Position numbers and translations under genes: made by a program
Shown: one piece after another, positions 47,855 to 58,133 of the stretch
How the letters are laid out: every line of letters begins with the position of its first letter
How positions within the stretch are numbered: position 1 is the first letter of the stretch
IMG/VR virus record: IMGVR_UViG_3300042356_000801
Coordinates: 27,170 to 91,169 of that record
Length of the DNA stretch: 64,000 nt
From: a virus
Reading direction: 5' to 3' (one strand)
Notes under the pieces: generated by a model
What the model saw: only the letters and a program-made list of their open reading frames with translations
The model's database searches: none
What the model was told of the DNA's origin: nothing

Positions 47855-49787
47855 TCGGACACGCACCAGTTGCACAGTCGTCCATATCCAACTCTCCGAA
47901 ACCCTTAGGGGTATAGAGAGGGACAGTGAAGTCAACCTTGCCTAGAAGTTTTTCGTATGCTTCTTTTGTTATTTCTTCGTATGGAGCAAGAGCAAAGTTG
48001 TGGTCTGCATGAAGCAGGAAAGAAACAGACTTTACTGAATTGTCGTAGTTGTTCTCTAGCCACTCTTTAATAAGAGAGAGCTCTTCCTTGCGGTAGTAGA
48101 CAGTTACCGATACAGCATTGTCTGCCCATTCGGTCTGCATCTTCTTAACCCATTCAAGTTGCTCAACTGCCGTCATGTCTTTTGCAAGAACTGCATCCTC
48201 TGGAGATTCGCATGGGAACTCAACAACATAACGAGTATGGTCTTCGCGTCCATCAAGGCCCATGTCCCACTGAACCTTGTATCCACGCTTACGGCATGCC
48301 TCAACAAGAGGGTCTGCCGCACCAAAGCGCACACGACGAATGTAATGACGGGCGTAAGCGGGGTGAATACCTGGAGTGATTCCAGGAAGAAGAGAGAGTG
48401 TTCCTGAAGGCTGAACCGTAGTAAGTCTTACTGATTTAGGAAAAGACTTTTCTTTTGAATAGGCCTCGTCAAAATCACGCAGGTTCTTGTACGCCTCATC
48501 AAGCCATGAAACCTGCTCTGCTGAAGCCTGAAGAACGCCGGTAATAGATTGCCCAAGGCGAGCATTCTTGCTAACGATTTCTGTCGTCTTCTTGTATGGG
48601 TAGTTCATGCGAGTGATTTGCTTTTGCACCTTATAAAGAAGCGTGCTGATTTCCTTGAACTGCTCAAGCGACTCAATGTTTGGCAAGAAGATTGTTGCCA
48701 AGTTGCACGACTCTCCATCACCAAGCGCAATTTCTGCACATGGGTTAAAACCCTCAATTGAGTTATCTGGATTCTTCTCTCCAAGACGACCTATCGTGCG
48801 GGCAAGACGACGGTTAAGCAAACCATATGGCTCACCAGAGCCGTCATAGCCCTTCCATAGCTCAGACATGATTTCGTCAAAGTGGTCTGCGTAGATGCTG
48901 TTGTTTGAGTTTGCCCTCCAAGCAGGAACGTTTCCAGATGCCCAGTTCTTTGCACGAAGGAAAAGAACGTCATCAGGGTCACCCATTGCTATTTGCGCCG
49001 ACCTACGTGACGAGCCGGAAACAACAATGCGACCAATAATGTTGCAAATATCCAATACATCAATAGACCTCAGTTTCTTTCCTTCACGATTCTTCATCAC
49101 CTTGCAGATGTCTTCTATGCCGTCAACGAGCGCGCCAGGTCCGCTTGCTGTTCCACCAAAGGTCTTCAATGGTGCCCCAAATTCACGAATCAAAATTGTG
49201 GAGTAAGAGAAAGATTTGCCAGTATCAAAATAAGAACGCAAAACACTATGAAGAAGACGACGCCATCCTTGACGTGAGTCAGGAACAATAATGTCAGCAT
49301 CGTTGGTGCGCTCGTGAGTAACAGAAACATTCATCTTTACTTTTGGTAAGTCATGAATCTTTGAACGCTCAACAGAGAAACCAACGCCTCCACCAAGCAT
49401 GAGATAGTCAAACAGAAGTTCGAAGTCTTCTACCTTCTCAATGTTTGTGAAGTAACAGTTGTTAAGAGAAGTAGCGTTGTATTTTTCTACTAACGGTGTT
49501 CCGAGTTGCCATAAAGACCTACCCGAAAAAGAACAACGCAAGTTAAAGCAGTGGTCGAATAAAGTCTCTGCTTCATCTTTTGTAAGCGGTACCCCAATGT
49601 CAAGTGCGCCATTAATAACGCGCTGTAAAGTTTCTGCCCAAGTTTCGTTGTCACCGTTTTCCTTCTGTCTGCTATATGTGCGAAGAAATACAATTTCTCC
49701 TAGTCCGTTAAATCCCCAAGGGGCTTTCTTTGTTGCGTAAGAGTCGACGAATAGTTGTTCTAAATGGCTCATTTTTTTCCTGTTCAA
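47847..49787 (-). CDS. nrdJ: Class II (B12-dependent) ribonucleotide reductase
   Basis: RTYSR, GRSLWQLG, SLNNC, LMLGGGVG, GFNPCAEI, TTVQPSGTLSLL, terminal CATGACPIK. Confidence 0.92.
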   Translation of the reverse strand: MNRKKMSHLEQLFVDSYATKKAPWGFNGLGEIVFLRTYSRQKENGDNETWAETLQRVINGALDIGVPLTKDEAETLFDHCFNLRCSFSGRSLWQLGTPLVEKYNATSLNNCYFTNIEKVEDFELLFDYLMLGGGVGFSVERSKIHDLPKVKMNVSVTHERTNDADIIVPDSRQGWRRLLHSVLRSYFDTGKSFSYSTILIREFGAPLKTFGGTASGPGALVDGIEDICKVMKNREGKKLRSIDVLDICNIIGRIVVSGSSRRSAQIAMGDPDDVLFLRAKNWASGNVPAWRANSNNSIYADHFDEIMSELWKGYDGSGEPYGLLNRRLARTIGRLGEKNPDNSIEGFNPCAEIALGDGESCNLATIFLPNIESLEQFKEISTLLYKVQKQITRMNYPYKKTTEIVSKNARLGQSITGVLQASAEQVSWLDEAYKNLRDFDEAYSKEKSFPKSVRLTTVQPSGTLSLLPGITPGIHPAYARHYIRRVRFGAADPLVEACRKRGYKVQWDMGLDGREDHTRYVVEFPCESPEDAVLAKDMTAVEQLEWVKKMQTEWADNAVSVTVYYRKEELSLIKEWLENNYDNSVKSVSFLLHADHNFALAPYEEITKEAYEKLLGKVDFTVPLYTPKGFGELDMDDCATGACPIK

Positions 49788-49851
49788 TATGCCTTGGGTA
49801 GGTGGGAGTTACTATTGTAACCTACAGGCAAATACTAAAAGAGTCCAGTGT

Positions 49852-50190
49852 CTAAGGAAGTTTTGGTCTTTCGACTAAACCGAGGCGTTCTGCTTCTCTG
49901 TAAGGAATGTATTTGCCTTTTTTGTATAAAAGAACTTTTGCACGAGTGAACGGAGTTATTTGTCGTTCTTCAAAAATGTCTTGCTCAACAAGAATTGTTT
50001 GGGTATCAATGATTGTTTCACTAGAGCCCTGACCATAGATAACTATCGGAGGACCAGAGTCGCCAGTGCAGTCTCCAGTAATGTGTCCACACACAATGCA
50101 TGGCTGTCTATCTGCTCCAACCAAAGTTGTGTCACTAAACAGCCTTCGGGGGCCATCTCCGGGTGAAGAGTTTTCATAGAAATATCCCAT
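49852..50190 (-). CDS. Hypothetical protein (CxxC)
   Basis: PCIVCGH.TGDC; TGATAAAAT 5 nt upstream of ATG. Confidence 0.6.
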   Translation of the reverse strand: MGYFYENSSPGDGPRRLFSDTTLVGADRQPCIVCGHITGDCTGDSGPPIVIYGQGSSETIIDTQTILVEQDIFEERQITPFTRAKVLLYKKGKYIPYREAERLGLVERPKLP

Positions 50191-50201
50191 GATTTATTTT
50201 A

Positions 50202-50840
50202 TCACTCAGGAAGTTCTTGTATATAAAATCCGTTATTATGAATAGCTTCTTTTAATTCAAAATAAGCATCGTCCGGAAGGTCCTCTATGGATACCGGTTC
50301 TGATAGTGATTTTCTAAGCATTTTAGGAAAACTAGAGTTTCTCAATACCTTGTCAGCATTTCCTGGGTAGGTGAGAATTTCTCCCCACTCAATTTCATTG
50401 TCGGCTAAGTACTTGTACGGCAGGGCTACCAGGTCGCTCAACATCTTGTCGTTGGTTATAGAGGCGTGAGACACCGTTATGCACTCCATAACGTCACTAT
50501 CCCGCTCTGCATAGACTTTTGCCAAATCAAGACCTTTTGTCCTGCTGGAGTCCCTTGAGCAGAAGCCCTCAGCAATCATGGTTAGGTCCGTAACGCCCCA
50601 ATATCGACGGAGGGCGGTACACAGCTGTCCTGACCTCGTAAGCCTCTCAGCGTGCTCTAGGTCCATTATGGGCTTTTTCATCTGGCATATTATTTCCAGC
50701 TTGTCATCTATCCAGCCCATGAAATTAAAGGTCAAATCTTCGCCAACACCAAACTCTTTGACGGACATCTTTTTAGCCAATTGGGCAGACGTTATTGCCA
50801 GCGCAATTTTACTAAAATTATTGTCGTAACTTGATTCCAC
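50202..50840 (-). CDS. Hypothetical protein
   Basis: Track ORF 50202..50885; GTG 50840 preferred because a -10-like hexamer lies just upstream. Confidence 0.55.
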   Translation of the reverse strand: MESSYDNNFSKIALAITSAQLAKKMSVKEFGVGEDLTFNFMGWIDDKLEIICQMKKPIMDLEHAERLTRSGQLCTALRRYWGVTDLTMIAEGFCSRDSSRTKGLDLAKVYAERDSDVMECITVSHASITNDKMLSDLVALPYKYLADNEIEWGEILTYPGNADKVLRNSSFPKMLRKSLSEPVSIEDLPDDAYFELKEAIHNNGFYIQELPE

Positions 50841-50918
50841 AAAGCAATAATAATCACACTTTAGGTATTTCCAGGGGACTTCCACTACGGAGTGATTCTT
50901 GTGGCTATTATGTCGGTT

Positions 50919-51317
50919 ATGGCAACACAGAAGAAAAAGTCAACCCCCAAGAAGTCAGCCCCCGTAAAGAAGGCTACTGCTAAGAAAACCACCACCAAGA
51001 AGGCTGCTCCAAAGAAGTCTCCTTCCGGTAAGGCCCCTGCGAAGAAGGCAGCCACAAAGAAGGCTGCTCCAAAAAGCACTGCCGAAAAAGTGGTAAAAGC
51101 AGTTTCTCCGGTTGTCAATGTTACAAGTACGTCAACAACATCATCAACTCCTGATATTAGGGTCAACTTCAACACTGCACCTATCCATACAGCTGTGGAC
51201 AAGACTGTGGATAACATCTCAGTTGCAATCAACGACATCGTAGATGAGCTTGAGACAGCATTTGAAAGCATCCAAAAAGTTTCCTTCTTCAAGAGGATTT
51301 TTCGACGCAAGAAGTAG
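50919..51317 (+). CDS. Lys/Ala-rich histone-like protein
   Basis: KKATAKKTTTKKAAPKK...PAKKAATKKAAPK; TATTAT 6 nt before ATG. Confidence 0.65.
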   Translation: MATQKKKSTPKKSAPVKKATAKKTTTKKAAPKKSPSGKAPAKKAATKKAAPKSTAEKVVKAVSPVVNVTSTSTTSSTPDIRVNFNTAPIHTAVDKTVDNISVAINDIVDELETAFESIQKVSFFKRIFRRKK

Positions 51318-51323
51318 GCGTTA

Positions 51324-51725
51324 GTGACTACGGAACACCGTAAATCACCACGCAAAAAGGTCATCTCGGTAAAAAAGGTTGGCGCATGGGGAAATGTCTC
51401 TTATGAGCATTTATTGTCATGCGGTCACGTCGAGGCTAGGCCAAGAAAAGCATCAACAAAAGCACTGGCCTGCGCTTGGTGTTTTAAGTCCGTCAATATG
51501 GGCAAGCAAATGATGCAACTTGGTTCTTCTGTTTCTTATATGGAAGAAGATTCGTCGTCTGAAGAATCCAACATAAATAGCATCAGGGCTTCAATAGCTG
51601 CAAAGTTTAATGTCTCTCTTGAATCGGTAGATGTTATTTCTACTTTTGAAAACCAAGAACTAAAAATTCAGTACGCAACGGTATTTCTTTCTTCCCTTGA
51701 CGTCGGTAGGATAACCAAATCGTAA
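51324..51725 (+). CDS. Hypothetical Zn-finger-like protein
   Basis: LSCGH...CAWC. Confidence 0.55.
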   Translation: MTTEHRKSPRKKVISVKKVGAWGNVSYEHLLSCGHVEARPRKASTKALACAWCFKSVNMGKQMMQLGSSVSYMEEDSSSEESNINSIRASIAAKFNVSLESVDVISTFENQELKIQYATVFLSSLDVGRITKS

Positions 51726-51743
51726 CCTACAACGGAGGACCCA

Positions 51744-52103
51744 ATGGCCGACAAATTTGACGAAGCTCCACGAGACGGCAAATGCAAAGGCCATGATACC
51801 AATATGTGGTTTCCGGTTTTTGGAGCGTCCCCAACGAGGGAAGAACGCAAAACAAATGAGCGAAACACTGCTCAGGCTTTAATAATTTGCAAAGACTGCG
51901 AAAAAACTGAACACTGTCTTGAGTATTCGCTTCGTCACGAACCCTACGGAATATGGGGAGGCAGAACTGAACTACAGAGAGCCAAGATGAGAGCAGCAAG
52001 AAGTATCAGGCTCTCACGAGATGCTCGTATATTCTTTCCAGGAATCGGTACTAGAAATGCAAACGGCGACTTTAACGGTTGGCGTGAAACGGATGCGCAA
52101 TGA
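51744..52103 (+). CDS. whiB: WhiB-family transcription factor
   Basis: C...WFP...ICKDC....HCLEYSL...YGIWGG.TE.QR; GGAGG SD. Confidence 0.92.
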   Translation: MADKFDEAPRDGKCKGHDTNMWFPVFGASPTREERKTNERNTAQALIICKDCEKTEHCLEYSLRHEPYGIWGGRTELQRAKMRAARSIRLSRDARIFFPGIGTRNANGDFNGWRETDAQ

Positions 52104-53866
52104 CACAACCCAACTTTAAACATACGGAAGAGTTTCTTTCTCGCCTTGTGGGCGTTAAGTCTTCTTCCTCTGGTTGGGAAGCCAGGTGTCCATGTAGAGA
52201 CGACGATAAAAACCCATCCCTATCAGTTGCTGAAGATGCAAACGGAACAGTGCTGGTTCACTGCCATAGAGGCAATGGGTGCGGAGTAGAGAAGATTTGT
52301 TCGTCTGTGGGGCTAAAGCCGTCAGACCTATACCCTGTGAAGATAGAGAAAAAAGAACGCCCACAGGAAAAAGAAAAACTTACTCTTGTCAAAGAGTACG
52401 ACTACCTTGATGAGCATGGAACGCTTTTGTTCCAAAAGCTTAGATACGTTAACCAGTGGGGCGCAAAAACATTTAGACAGCGCAAGCCATCGGAAAACGG
52501 AGACTGGGTTTATTCCCTCGGTGACACGCCCAAGATTCTCTACAACCTTCCATACATCATTCAGGCCAAAGAAGCAGATGTCCCAATTTGGCTTGTAGAG
52601 GGCGAAAAAGACGCAGACACATTAATGGACATGGGCATTGTTGCCACAACGGCACCAGGAGGTGCAGGCAAGTGGCTTGACATAAATACACAGTCTCTTG
52701 CTGGGGCAACGGTCGAGATTGTTGCTGACAACGATTCTGTCGGAAAAGCGCATGCCATACATGTTTGTGAACAGCTTCGCAAGGCAGGGTGTAATGCAAC
52801 AATATTTATTAGTCCGTATGCAAAAGACGTTACCGACCACATACAGGCTGGACACTCGCTAGATGAACTTGAGTACTTTGAACCTTCTGAATTTGTTGAA
52901 GAGATTCAAGAAGTAGAGCAAGAGATAGAACAAGAAAAAGACAAGGGACAAGAAATCCTTGACAGGCTTTCTAAAATCTTGGACAACGGAGAACTCAACA
53001 CTCTTCAGAAAATAGTAAAAGCATCCACAATAATTAGTTCTTTTTCTACGGATAAAGCCCCAGACCCGGGGAGGCTCGTTGAGTGGCAGGAGTTTCTTGC
53101 CGAAACGGATGACGACACTTACGAATGGATTATTCCAGGCCTCCTAGAGAAGAGCGAACGAGTAATTGTTGTTGCTGCTGAAGGTGTTGGAAAGACAATG
53201 CTTGCACGACAGGTCGCCATTTGTTCAATGTGGGGTATCCACCCATTCACGTATCAACCAATGGACCAAGTGCGAACGCTTACTATCGACCTTGAAAACC
53301 CTGAGAGAATTATTCGCAGAACATCAAGAGCCATCGGAGCAGCAGCAGCCAATAGGGCAAAGATGCACCGAAGGGTTACTGCCCCAACAGGAAGTCTCGT
53401 CGTCAAACCTGACGGTCTTGATTTGTTAAAAGCTTCGGACAGGCTGATAATTGAAGAACACATTGAAAAGACAAAACCTCAACTTGTTGTTATCGGACCT
53501 CTGTATAAAGCGTTTGTTGACCCAGGCGGTAGAACCTCTGAATCGGTAGCGGTTGAGGTTGCAAAATACCTTGACTACTTGAGAACCACTTACGGATGTG
53601 CGCTCTGGATGGAGCACCACGCCCCACTCGGTAGCAGTATGTCAACTAGGGACTTGCGACCATTTGGCTCCGCAGTGTGGTCTCGTTGGCCAGAATTTGG
53701 TATTTCTCTCACTCCGGACTTTACTGCTTCTATGCCGTATGTGTATGACGTGAAGCACTTTAGAGGTGCTCGTGACGAGCGACATTGGCCAACCAAAATC
53801 ACTCGTGGCAAGGAATTCCCGTTTCAGGTCATTGAATTTGCTAAGGTTTCAGGAGAGCAAAAGTGA
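52100..53866 (+). CDS. Primase-helicase (Zn finger, TOPRIM, RecA-like AAA helicase)
   Basis: CPC.DD.NPSLS..HCH..C; LVEGEKDAD; ADND..G; AAEGVGKT. Confidence 0.88.
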   Translation: MTQPNFKHTEEFLSRLVGVKSSSSGWEARCPCRDDDKNPSLSVAEDANGTVLVHCHRGNGCGVEKICSSVGLKPSDLYPVKIEKKERPQEKEKLTLVKEYDYLDEHGTLLFQKLRYVNQWGAKTFRQRKPSENGDWVYSLGDTPKILYNLPYIIQAKEADVPIWLVEGEKDADTLMDMGIVATTAPGGAGKWLDINTQSLAGATVEIVADNDSVGKAHAIHVCEQLRKAGCNATIFISPYAKDVTDHIQAGHSLDELEYFEPSEFVEEIQEVEQEIEQEKDKGQEILDRLSKILDNGELNTLQKIVKASTIISSFSTDKAPDPGRLVEWQEFLAETDDDTYEWIIPGLLEKSERVIVVAAEGVGKTMLARQVAICSMWGIHPFTYQPMDQVRTLTIDLENPERIIRRTSRAIGAAAANRAKMHRRVTAPTGSLVVKPDGLDLLKASDRLIIEEHIEKTKPQLVVIGPLYKAFVDPGGRTSESVAVEVAKYLDYLRTTYGCALWMEHHAPLGSSMSTRDLRPFGSAVWSRWPEFGISLTPDFTASMPYVYDVKHFRGARDERHWPTKITRGKEFPFQVIEFAKVSGEQK

Positions 53867-53879
53867 ATAGGCGCACGAA

Positions 53880-54536
53880 ATGGCAGAAGATAGAGGCAAC
53901 AAGCCTGTAACAAGAGAGTTTCTCTCGGAGAGGGATGCCCGCATATTTAAAATGCGACAGGCTGGAACCTCTATACAGGAAATAGCACGACGCTTTGGCG
54001 TTAGCTCTGGTGTTGTATCTAACGCCGTTAAAAGACAGCTAGAAAAACTCAATAAAGAGGCAATGCTTGCCTACCCTGAGGTTTTAAGGATGGAGCTTGA
54101 AAGGCTCGACAACCTCCAGCAGGCAATATGGCCACTAACGCAACATCGTAAAGTACGAATGGATGACGGCTCGGAAGTGTCGGTAGAACCAGACATGAAG
54201 GCAATCCAGCAGGTTTTGTCCATTATGGATAGAAGAACAAAGCTTCTCGGAATGGACCATGTAAACCTCAATGTGCAAATGGACGCAAACATGTCAAGTT
54301 CTGACCCAGTTAAGGTAACGCTCGCAGGGGCTACGGCCAAGGGGGAGACCGAGAAATTTGACCCAGAGTCCGAAGCAAGAAAGCTGCTTGAACTTATGGG
54401 GGCTTCAGGAATACTTCCACCAGAGATGATTAGACAACTTCTCAGTGGTGGGGATATTATCGACGCAGATGTAGTAGAAATAGAAGATGAAGAAGATGAA
54501 GAAGAAATCCTCTCTATCGAGAATCGCGAGCAGTAA
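53880..54536 (+). CDS. HTH protein, terminase small subunit-like
   Basis: MRQAG.SI.EIARRFG; ELERLD.LQ.AIW...AI..VL.IMDRR.KLLG.D pattern resembles actinophage TerS. Confidence 0.6.
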   Translation: MAEDRGNKPVTREFLSERDARIFKMRQAGTSIQEIARRFGVSSGVVSNAVKRQLEKLNKEAMLAYPEVLRMELERLDNLQQAIWPLTQHRKVRMDDGSEVSVEPDMKAIQQVLSIMDRRTKLLGMDHVNLNVQMDANMSSSDPVKVTLAGATAKGETEKFDPESEARKLLELMGASGILPPEMIRQLLSGGDIIDADVVEIEDEEDEEEILSIENREQ

Positions 54537-54883
54537 TGGCAAAAGAAAAAGATATTAGGGAAGCCATTGACAAGGTCATGGAAGAAAACAAGGACATGTC
54601 TGTTGCTAACCCAGCCACAACCAATGGTGAGACAGTTGACAAACAAGTACTCATTAGGGCTTCCGAGCATGACCGTGATAGGTGGAAAGACGCTGCCGAA
54701 AAGTCCGGGACAACGCTGTCCGCATGGATTCGTGACTCACTAAACAAAACCGCATCAGAGTCCCTGGACTGCCCTCACCCGTTAAACTCCAGAAGATTTT
54801 ACCCTTGGGCAGAAATATGTCTTGCTTGCAGCACTCGCTTAAAAGAACATAAGCCGAAAACCAAAAAACAACGCAACAACTAG
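54536..54883 (+). CDS. Ribbon-helix-helix-like protein with C-terminal Cys motif
   Basis: QVLIRAS..DRDRWK.AA...G.TLSAWIRDSL. Confidence 0.55.
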   Translation: MAKEKDIREAIDKVMEENKDMSVANPATTNGETVDKQVLIRASEHDRDRWKDAAEKSGTTLSAWIRDSLNKTASESLDCPHPLNSRRFYPWAEICLACSTRLKEHKPKTKKQRNN

Positions 54884-54923
54884 TTGCACTGGCCTTGCTC
54901 GGGCTAAAAGTAGAATATCTCTC

Positions 54924-56045
54924 ATGGAAAATACATCCGAAGACGGTGCGGCAAGACGCAAGCCATGGCCTAGCCAAAAGGGTATTAGAGAAGTTGCTGG
55001 TTCTAAACCATCAAAAAGAAGATATCTATCCGACAGGGTTTCCGGGTTAAATAAGCTCGAAAAGCCACAAAGGACAGAAATTAAAGCTCTATCTGAAAAG
55101 ATGGAAGACGCATACGTCAGGAACATAGAAGAAGAAATTCCTGATGAGCCTTTTAAACCATCACGAGCAAACATTCAAAGCATTGTTGATATGGCCACCC
55201 CAGAGTCAGAAGAGCAATATTTTGAAATCTGGAAAAAAACAAACAGGCTTGACTCAATCAGTGAAAAGTCTGAAAAAAAGTTTAAGACCGAGTTTGACAA
55301 ATGGATTGCTCTTCCCGAAAACAGTATTGACTTTTCTGAAAAAACTGTCTCCAGAATAAAAGACATAGTTAAATCAGCAATTGAAGAGTCTCCTAAATTT
55401 GAATGGGCCGTCAAGACGTTTGGTTTACCAATCATCGTTGCAAAGACTGATAGTGCCGAAAGAGCAATCATGTCAAAGATGAACGTTGAAGAGGGTGACC
55501 AGCCAGAGAGTATTGGAGTTGTTTCTGATGCGTTCTTGACCAGTATGTCGTTTATGCCGTCTGTAATTAATTCAATATATGCAAACGGTGATACTCCTGA
55601 CGCTACAGCAATGAAGAGCCGTAGCGCCCTTCCGAAGATGGGTGACCCAGTAATGGATGCTTCCATCAATGGTCAAATACGACATGAATGGTCTCACCAT
55701 TTTATTGTTGATGCTCTTAATGATTCCGAAAGAGTTAAGAGAAAGAATAACTTAAAGGACAAGAAAAACGCTGCGCTGTTTAAAGTTGCAGAAAAATACA
55801 TGTCCGATTCAACAATGATGGCAAATCTCGATAAAGAATTTTCCGAAACCCCAAACACCCCAAGAACAATTACAAGATATGCACATTCAAGCATGTTTGA
55901 GATGTTTGCAGAGGGTATGTCTGCTTATCTTCACCCAGATACGGCATTTGAAAGATTTGTAATGAATGCCGAACTTCGCAAAGACATAGAAACCGCACTA
56001 GGCGGTTCCCCGGGTAATAAGCCATGGGAAGAAAAGGCTGAGTGA
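54924..56045 (+). CDS. Stand-alone zincin metallopeptidase-like protein
   Basis: IRHEWSHH...ITRYA.SS.FEMFAEG. Confidence 0.7.
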   Translation: MENTSEDGAARRKPWPSQKGIREVAGSKPSKRRYLSDRVSGLNKLEKPQRTEIKALSEKMEDAYVRNIEEEIPDEPFKPSRANIQSIVDMATPESEEQYFEIWKKTNRLDSISEKSEKKFKTEFDKWIALPENSIDFSEKTVSRIKDIVKSAIEESPKFEWAVKTFGLPIIVAKTDSAERAIMSKMNVEEGDQPESIGVVSDAFLTSMSFMPSVINSIYANGDTPDATAMKSRSALPKMGDPVMDASINGQIRHEWSHHFIVDALNDSERVKRKNNLKDKKNAALFKVAEKYMSDSTMMANLDKEFSETPNTPRTITRYAHSSMFEMFAEGMSAYLHPDTAFERFVMNAELRKDIETALGGSPGNKPWEEKAE

Positions 56046-56054
56046 GTGTCAATC

Positions 56055-56225
56055 ATGGCTGGTTATGAAGACGAAGAAGACGAGCTCTTTGAAAAATACC
56101 AAAGATACGTAATATCTAATCCTGGCATACCGGAAGACTATGACACATGGGCTCAGAACCAGTCAGCAGGACAAAGAAGAAAAAAGAAACAGCGCCCTAA
56201 GAAGTTTACGGACTATGGTGATTAA
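56055..56225 (+). CDS. Small hypothetical protein (56 aa)
   Basis: Below cutoff: MAGYEDEEDELFEKYQRYV...KKFTDYGD. Confidence 0.5.
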   Translation: MAGYEDEEDELFEKYQRYVISNPGIPEDYDTWAQNQSAGQRRKKKQRPKKFTDYGD

Positions 56226-56460
56226 TGTGACTCTTCCATTCGACAACAAAAACCCAGACAAGGCCCTAGCTTCAATGAAGATTGGGACACACGGCTTTTT
56301 TTCTCAAAACAACGACCTAATGGATATGGTGGTTGTTGCAGAAAACAACGACAAGACCACCAAAGACCATCAGTCTATTGCAGAAGAGTCGTTAAAAATA
56401 AACCCCGATGATTACGCAGAAGATGAGTCGCCTGACTCTACTTCTTCAGAACAGCCTTAA
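56225..56460 (+). CDS. Small hypothetical protein (3' part of track ORF 56140..56460)
   Basis: Open frame; start uncertain. Confidence 0.35.
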
Positions 56461-56641
56461 GCTCTTCTTCAAAAATCTTTGCGTATTCGTCAGCATGGCG
56501 ATGCTGTAGAACAAAGGAAGCTCTGCGTCTTGCCTCTTGGCGTTTGCCGGTTAGTTCTTTTCTGCTTTGCTTTTCTTCTTCAGAAAGTCGTGGTCTTCCA
56601 CGAACAAGTCCTCGTTTTTTTAGAGTGTCGTACTCTGACAT
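56438..56641 (-). CDS. Small basic protein with AT-hook-like RGRP
   Basis: VRGRPRLSEEEK; GAGG SD. Confidence 0.6.
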   Translation of the reverse strand: MSEYDTLKKRGLVRGRPRLSEEEKQSRKELTGKRQEARRRASFVLQHRHADEYAKIFEEELKAVLKK

Positions 56642-56769
56642 TTAAAACCTCTCTTTTTTAGGTTGACGTAAAGATATACGCCATCTATTGACAACACAAC
56701 CCCAAACTCAAATATCTGCATCTTTATCTGGGGCTTGCAATAACTGGTTTTATTGATAAGATACCAGCC

Positions 56770-56985
56770 ATGGAAGAACTAGACCGTTTCTTATCGGAAC
56801 TATCAGAACTCTACTCTTATGACAATTTCTTTAGGGTTTCAGCAGAGAGCGTCATAGACCGCCTCCTTGAAGTCAGAAACTCGCTAGAGCAAACAAAGCC
56901 TAGGGAGATAGTCATTGACGGGGATGAATTGTCTAAATATTTTCGCGGAAGCAAGCGTTCTGAGGAACTTGGCCTAGATGACTAG
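56770..56985 (+). CDS. Hypothetical protein
   Basis: TGnTAAGAT extended -10, 7 nt before ATG. Confidence 0.55.
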   Translation: MEELDRFLSELSELYSYDNFFRVSAESVIDRLLEVRNSLEQTKPREIVIDGDELSKYFRGSKRSEELGLDD

Positions 56986-57442
56986 GAAAGAATACGACCT
57001 CCCTCAAAGAACATTTGATTTCAAAAAAGATTTGTCATTTGGACACCAAGGCGAAGACCTTATAACTGGGTTTCTTGACTCGCTATCGGCGGGCAGCTTT
57101 GAGGTAAAGACCGATAGGTACAGAAACGGCCGAATGGTTGTGGAAACCAACCAAAACCCTAAAGCGATAAAAGACGACAATGGTGAACCAATTTGGGTTC
57201 CAAGCGGGATAAACGTAACCACAGCAAAGTGGTGGGTTTACGTGTTTGCTCTAGACGGTTCTTTTGTAATGGTTGATACAGGCCGACTCAAAAGGTATCT
57301 TCGTATCAACAAGCACAAGTTCAATGAGTCAACTAAAAAAGCACTTGGCGGGGCAGATAACCCGGCTAGGGGGTTTTTACTGATGGCCAACGATGTGCAA
57401 GACTTATTAATCAATACCGAATATGATGTGGAAACAGAATAA
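56978..57442 (+). CDS. PD-(D/E)XK-like nuclease-fold protein
   Basis: F..DL.FG..GE, FEVKTDR, VVE, SGINVT.AKWW. Confidence 0.5.
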   Translation: MTRKEYDLPQRTFDFKKDLSFGHQGEDLITGFLDSLSAGSFEVKTDRYRNGRMVVETNQNPKAIKDDNGEPIWVPSGINVTTAKWWVYVFALDGSFVMVDTGRLKRYLRINKHKFNESTKKALGGADNPARGFLLMANDVQDLLINTEYDVETE

Positions 57443-57780
57443 TGGAAATGCCAGACCTTCCTCCTGAACAAAAAAGACAAGAAGAACGCAGGGCTCTAAA
57501 GTTTTGGATTGAGCAATGTCACACCCTCGAAGACAAGCTTTCATCTTCCAAATCAGAAGTCATGCAGTTGAAAAGTATTCTCAAGATTTGGATGCCAGAA
57601 GTTATGTCGGCTAGGTCGGAAGACTATTTTGCGGCCGGGTGGCTTGCGGAACTAGATGTAAAGCTTCCAGAGATGGATGCAGACATACGCAAAGCCGCAG
57701 AACTCCTGGGAGAGATACCTACCTACTGGGATGGCAATAGCGACCCGGAAACAAACGCAACATGGCGAATATACCCATAA
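57442..57780 (+). CDS. Hypothetical protein
   Basis: TAATG-coupled ORF. Confidence 0.55.
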   Translation: MEMPDLPPEQKRQEERRALKFWIEQCHTLEDKLSSSKSEVMQLKSILKIWMPEVMSARSEDYFAAGWLAELDVKLPEMDADIRKAAELLGEIPTYWDGNSDPETNATWRIYP

Positions 57781-57788
57781 TCATTCGA

Positions 57789-57861
57789 GCCCTCGTAGCT
57801 CAGTGGTTAGAGCAGCACTCTTATAAAGTGTTGGTGGTGGGTTCAATTCCCATCGGGGGCA
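57789..57861 (+). tRNA. tRNA-Ile, anticodon TAT (UAU)
   Basis: Acceptor GCCCTCG/CGGGGGC, D arm TAGCTCAGTGGTTAGAGC, anticodon arm GCACT-CTTATAA-AGTGT, GGTTCAATTCC T arm, discriminator A, no encoded CCA. Confidence 0.88.
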
Positions 57862-57879
57862 CTGTGAAAGGAAATAGCA

Positions 57880-58104
57880 ATGGGTAAAACACCAGCACAA
57901 AAACGAGTACAAGCATCACGCGGAGTGAAGCCCAAAAAAAGACGTAAGAAACCAGCAGACCCTCGCACTTCAGAAATTGTTCCTAGAGCCGGTCAGGTAA
58001 AAATTACAAGAGCTGACGGAACGGTCGAGTTTCAGGCTTCAAAAAAACCCACAAAACTAAACAAAACACCATATGCTCCAGTGCGTCCTAAAAAAGCGTT
58101 CTGA
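57880..58104 (+). CDS. Small basic hypothetical protein
   Basis: GAAAGGA SD; Lys/Arg-rich. Confidence 0.6.
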   Translation: MGKTPAQKRVQASRGVKPKKRRKKPADPRTSEIVPRAGQVKITRADGTVEFQASKKPTKLNKTPYAPVRPKKAF

Positions 58105-58133
58105 GACTCGCACCAAATAGACAAGAGAAAACA

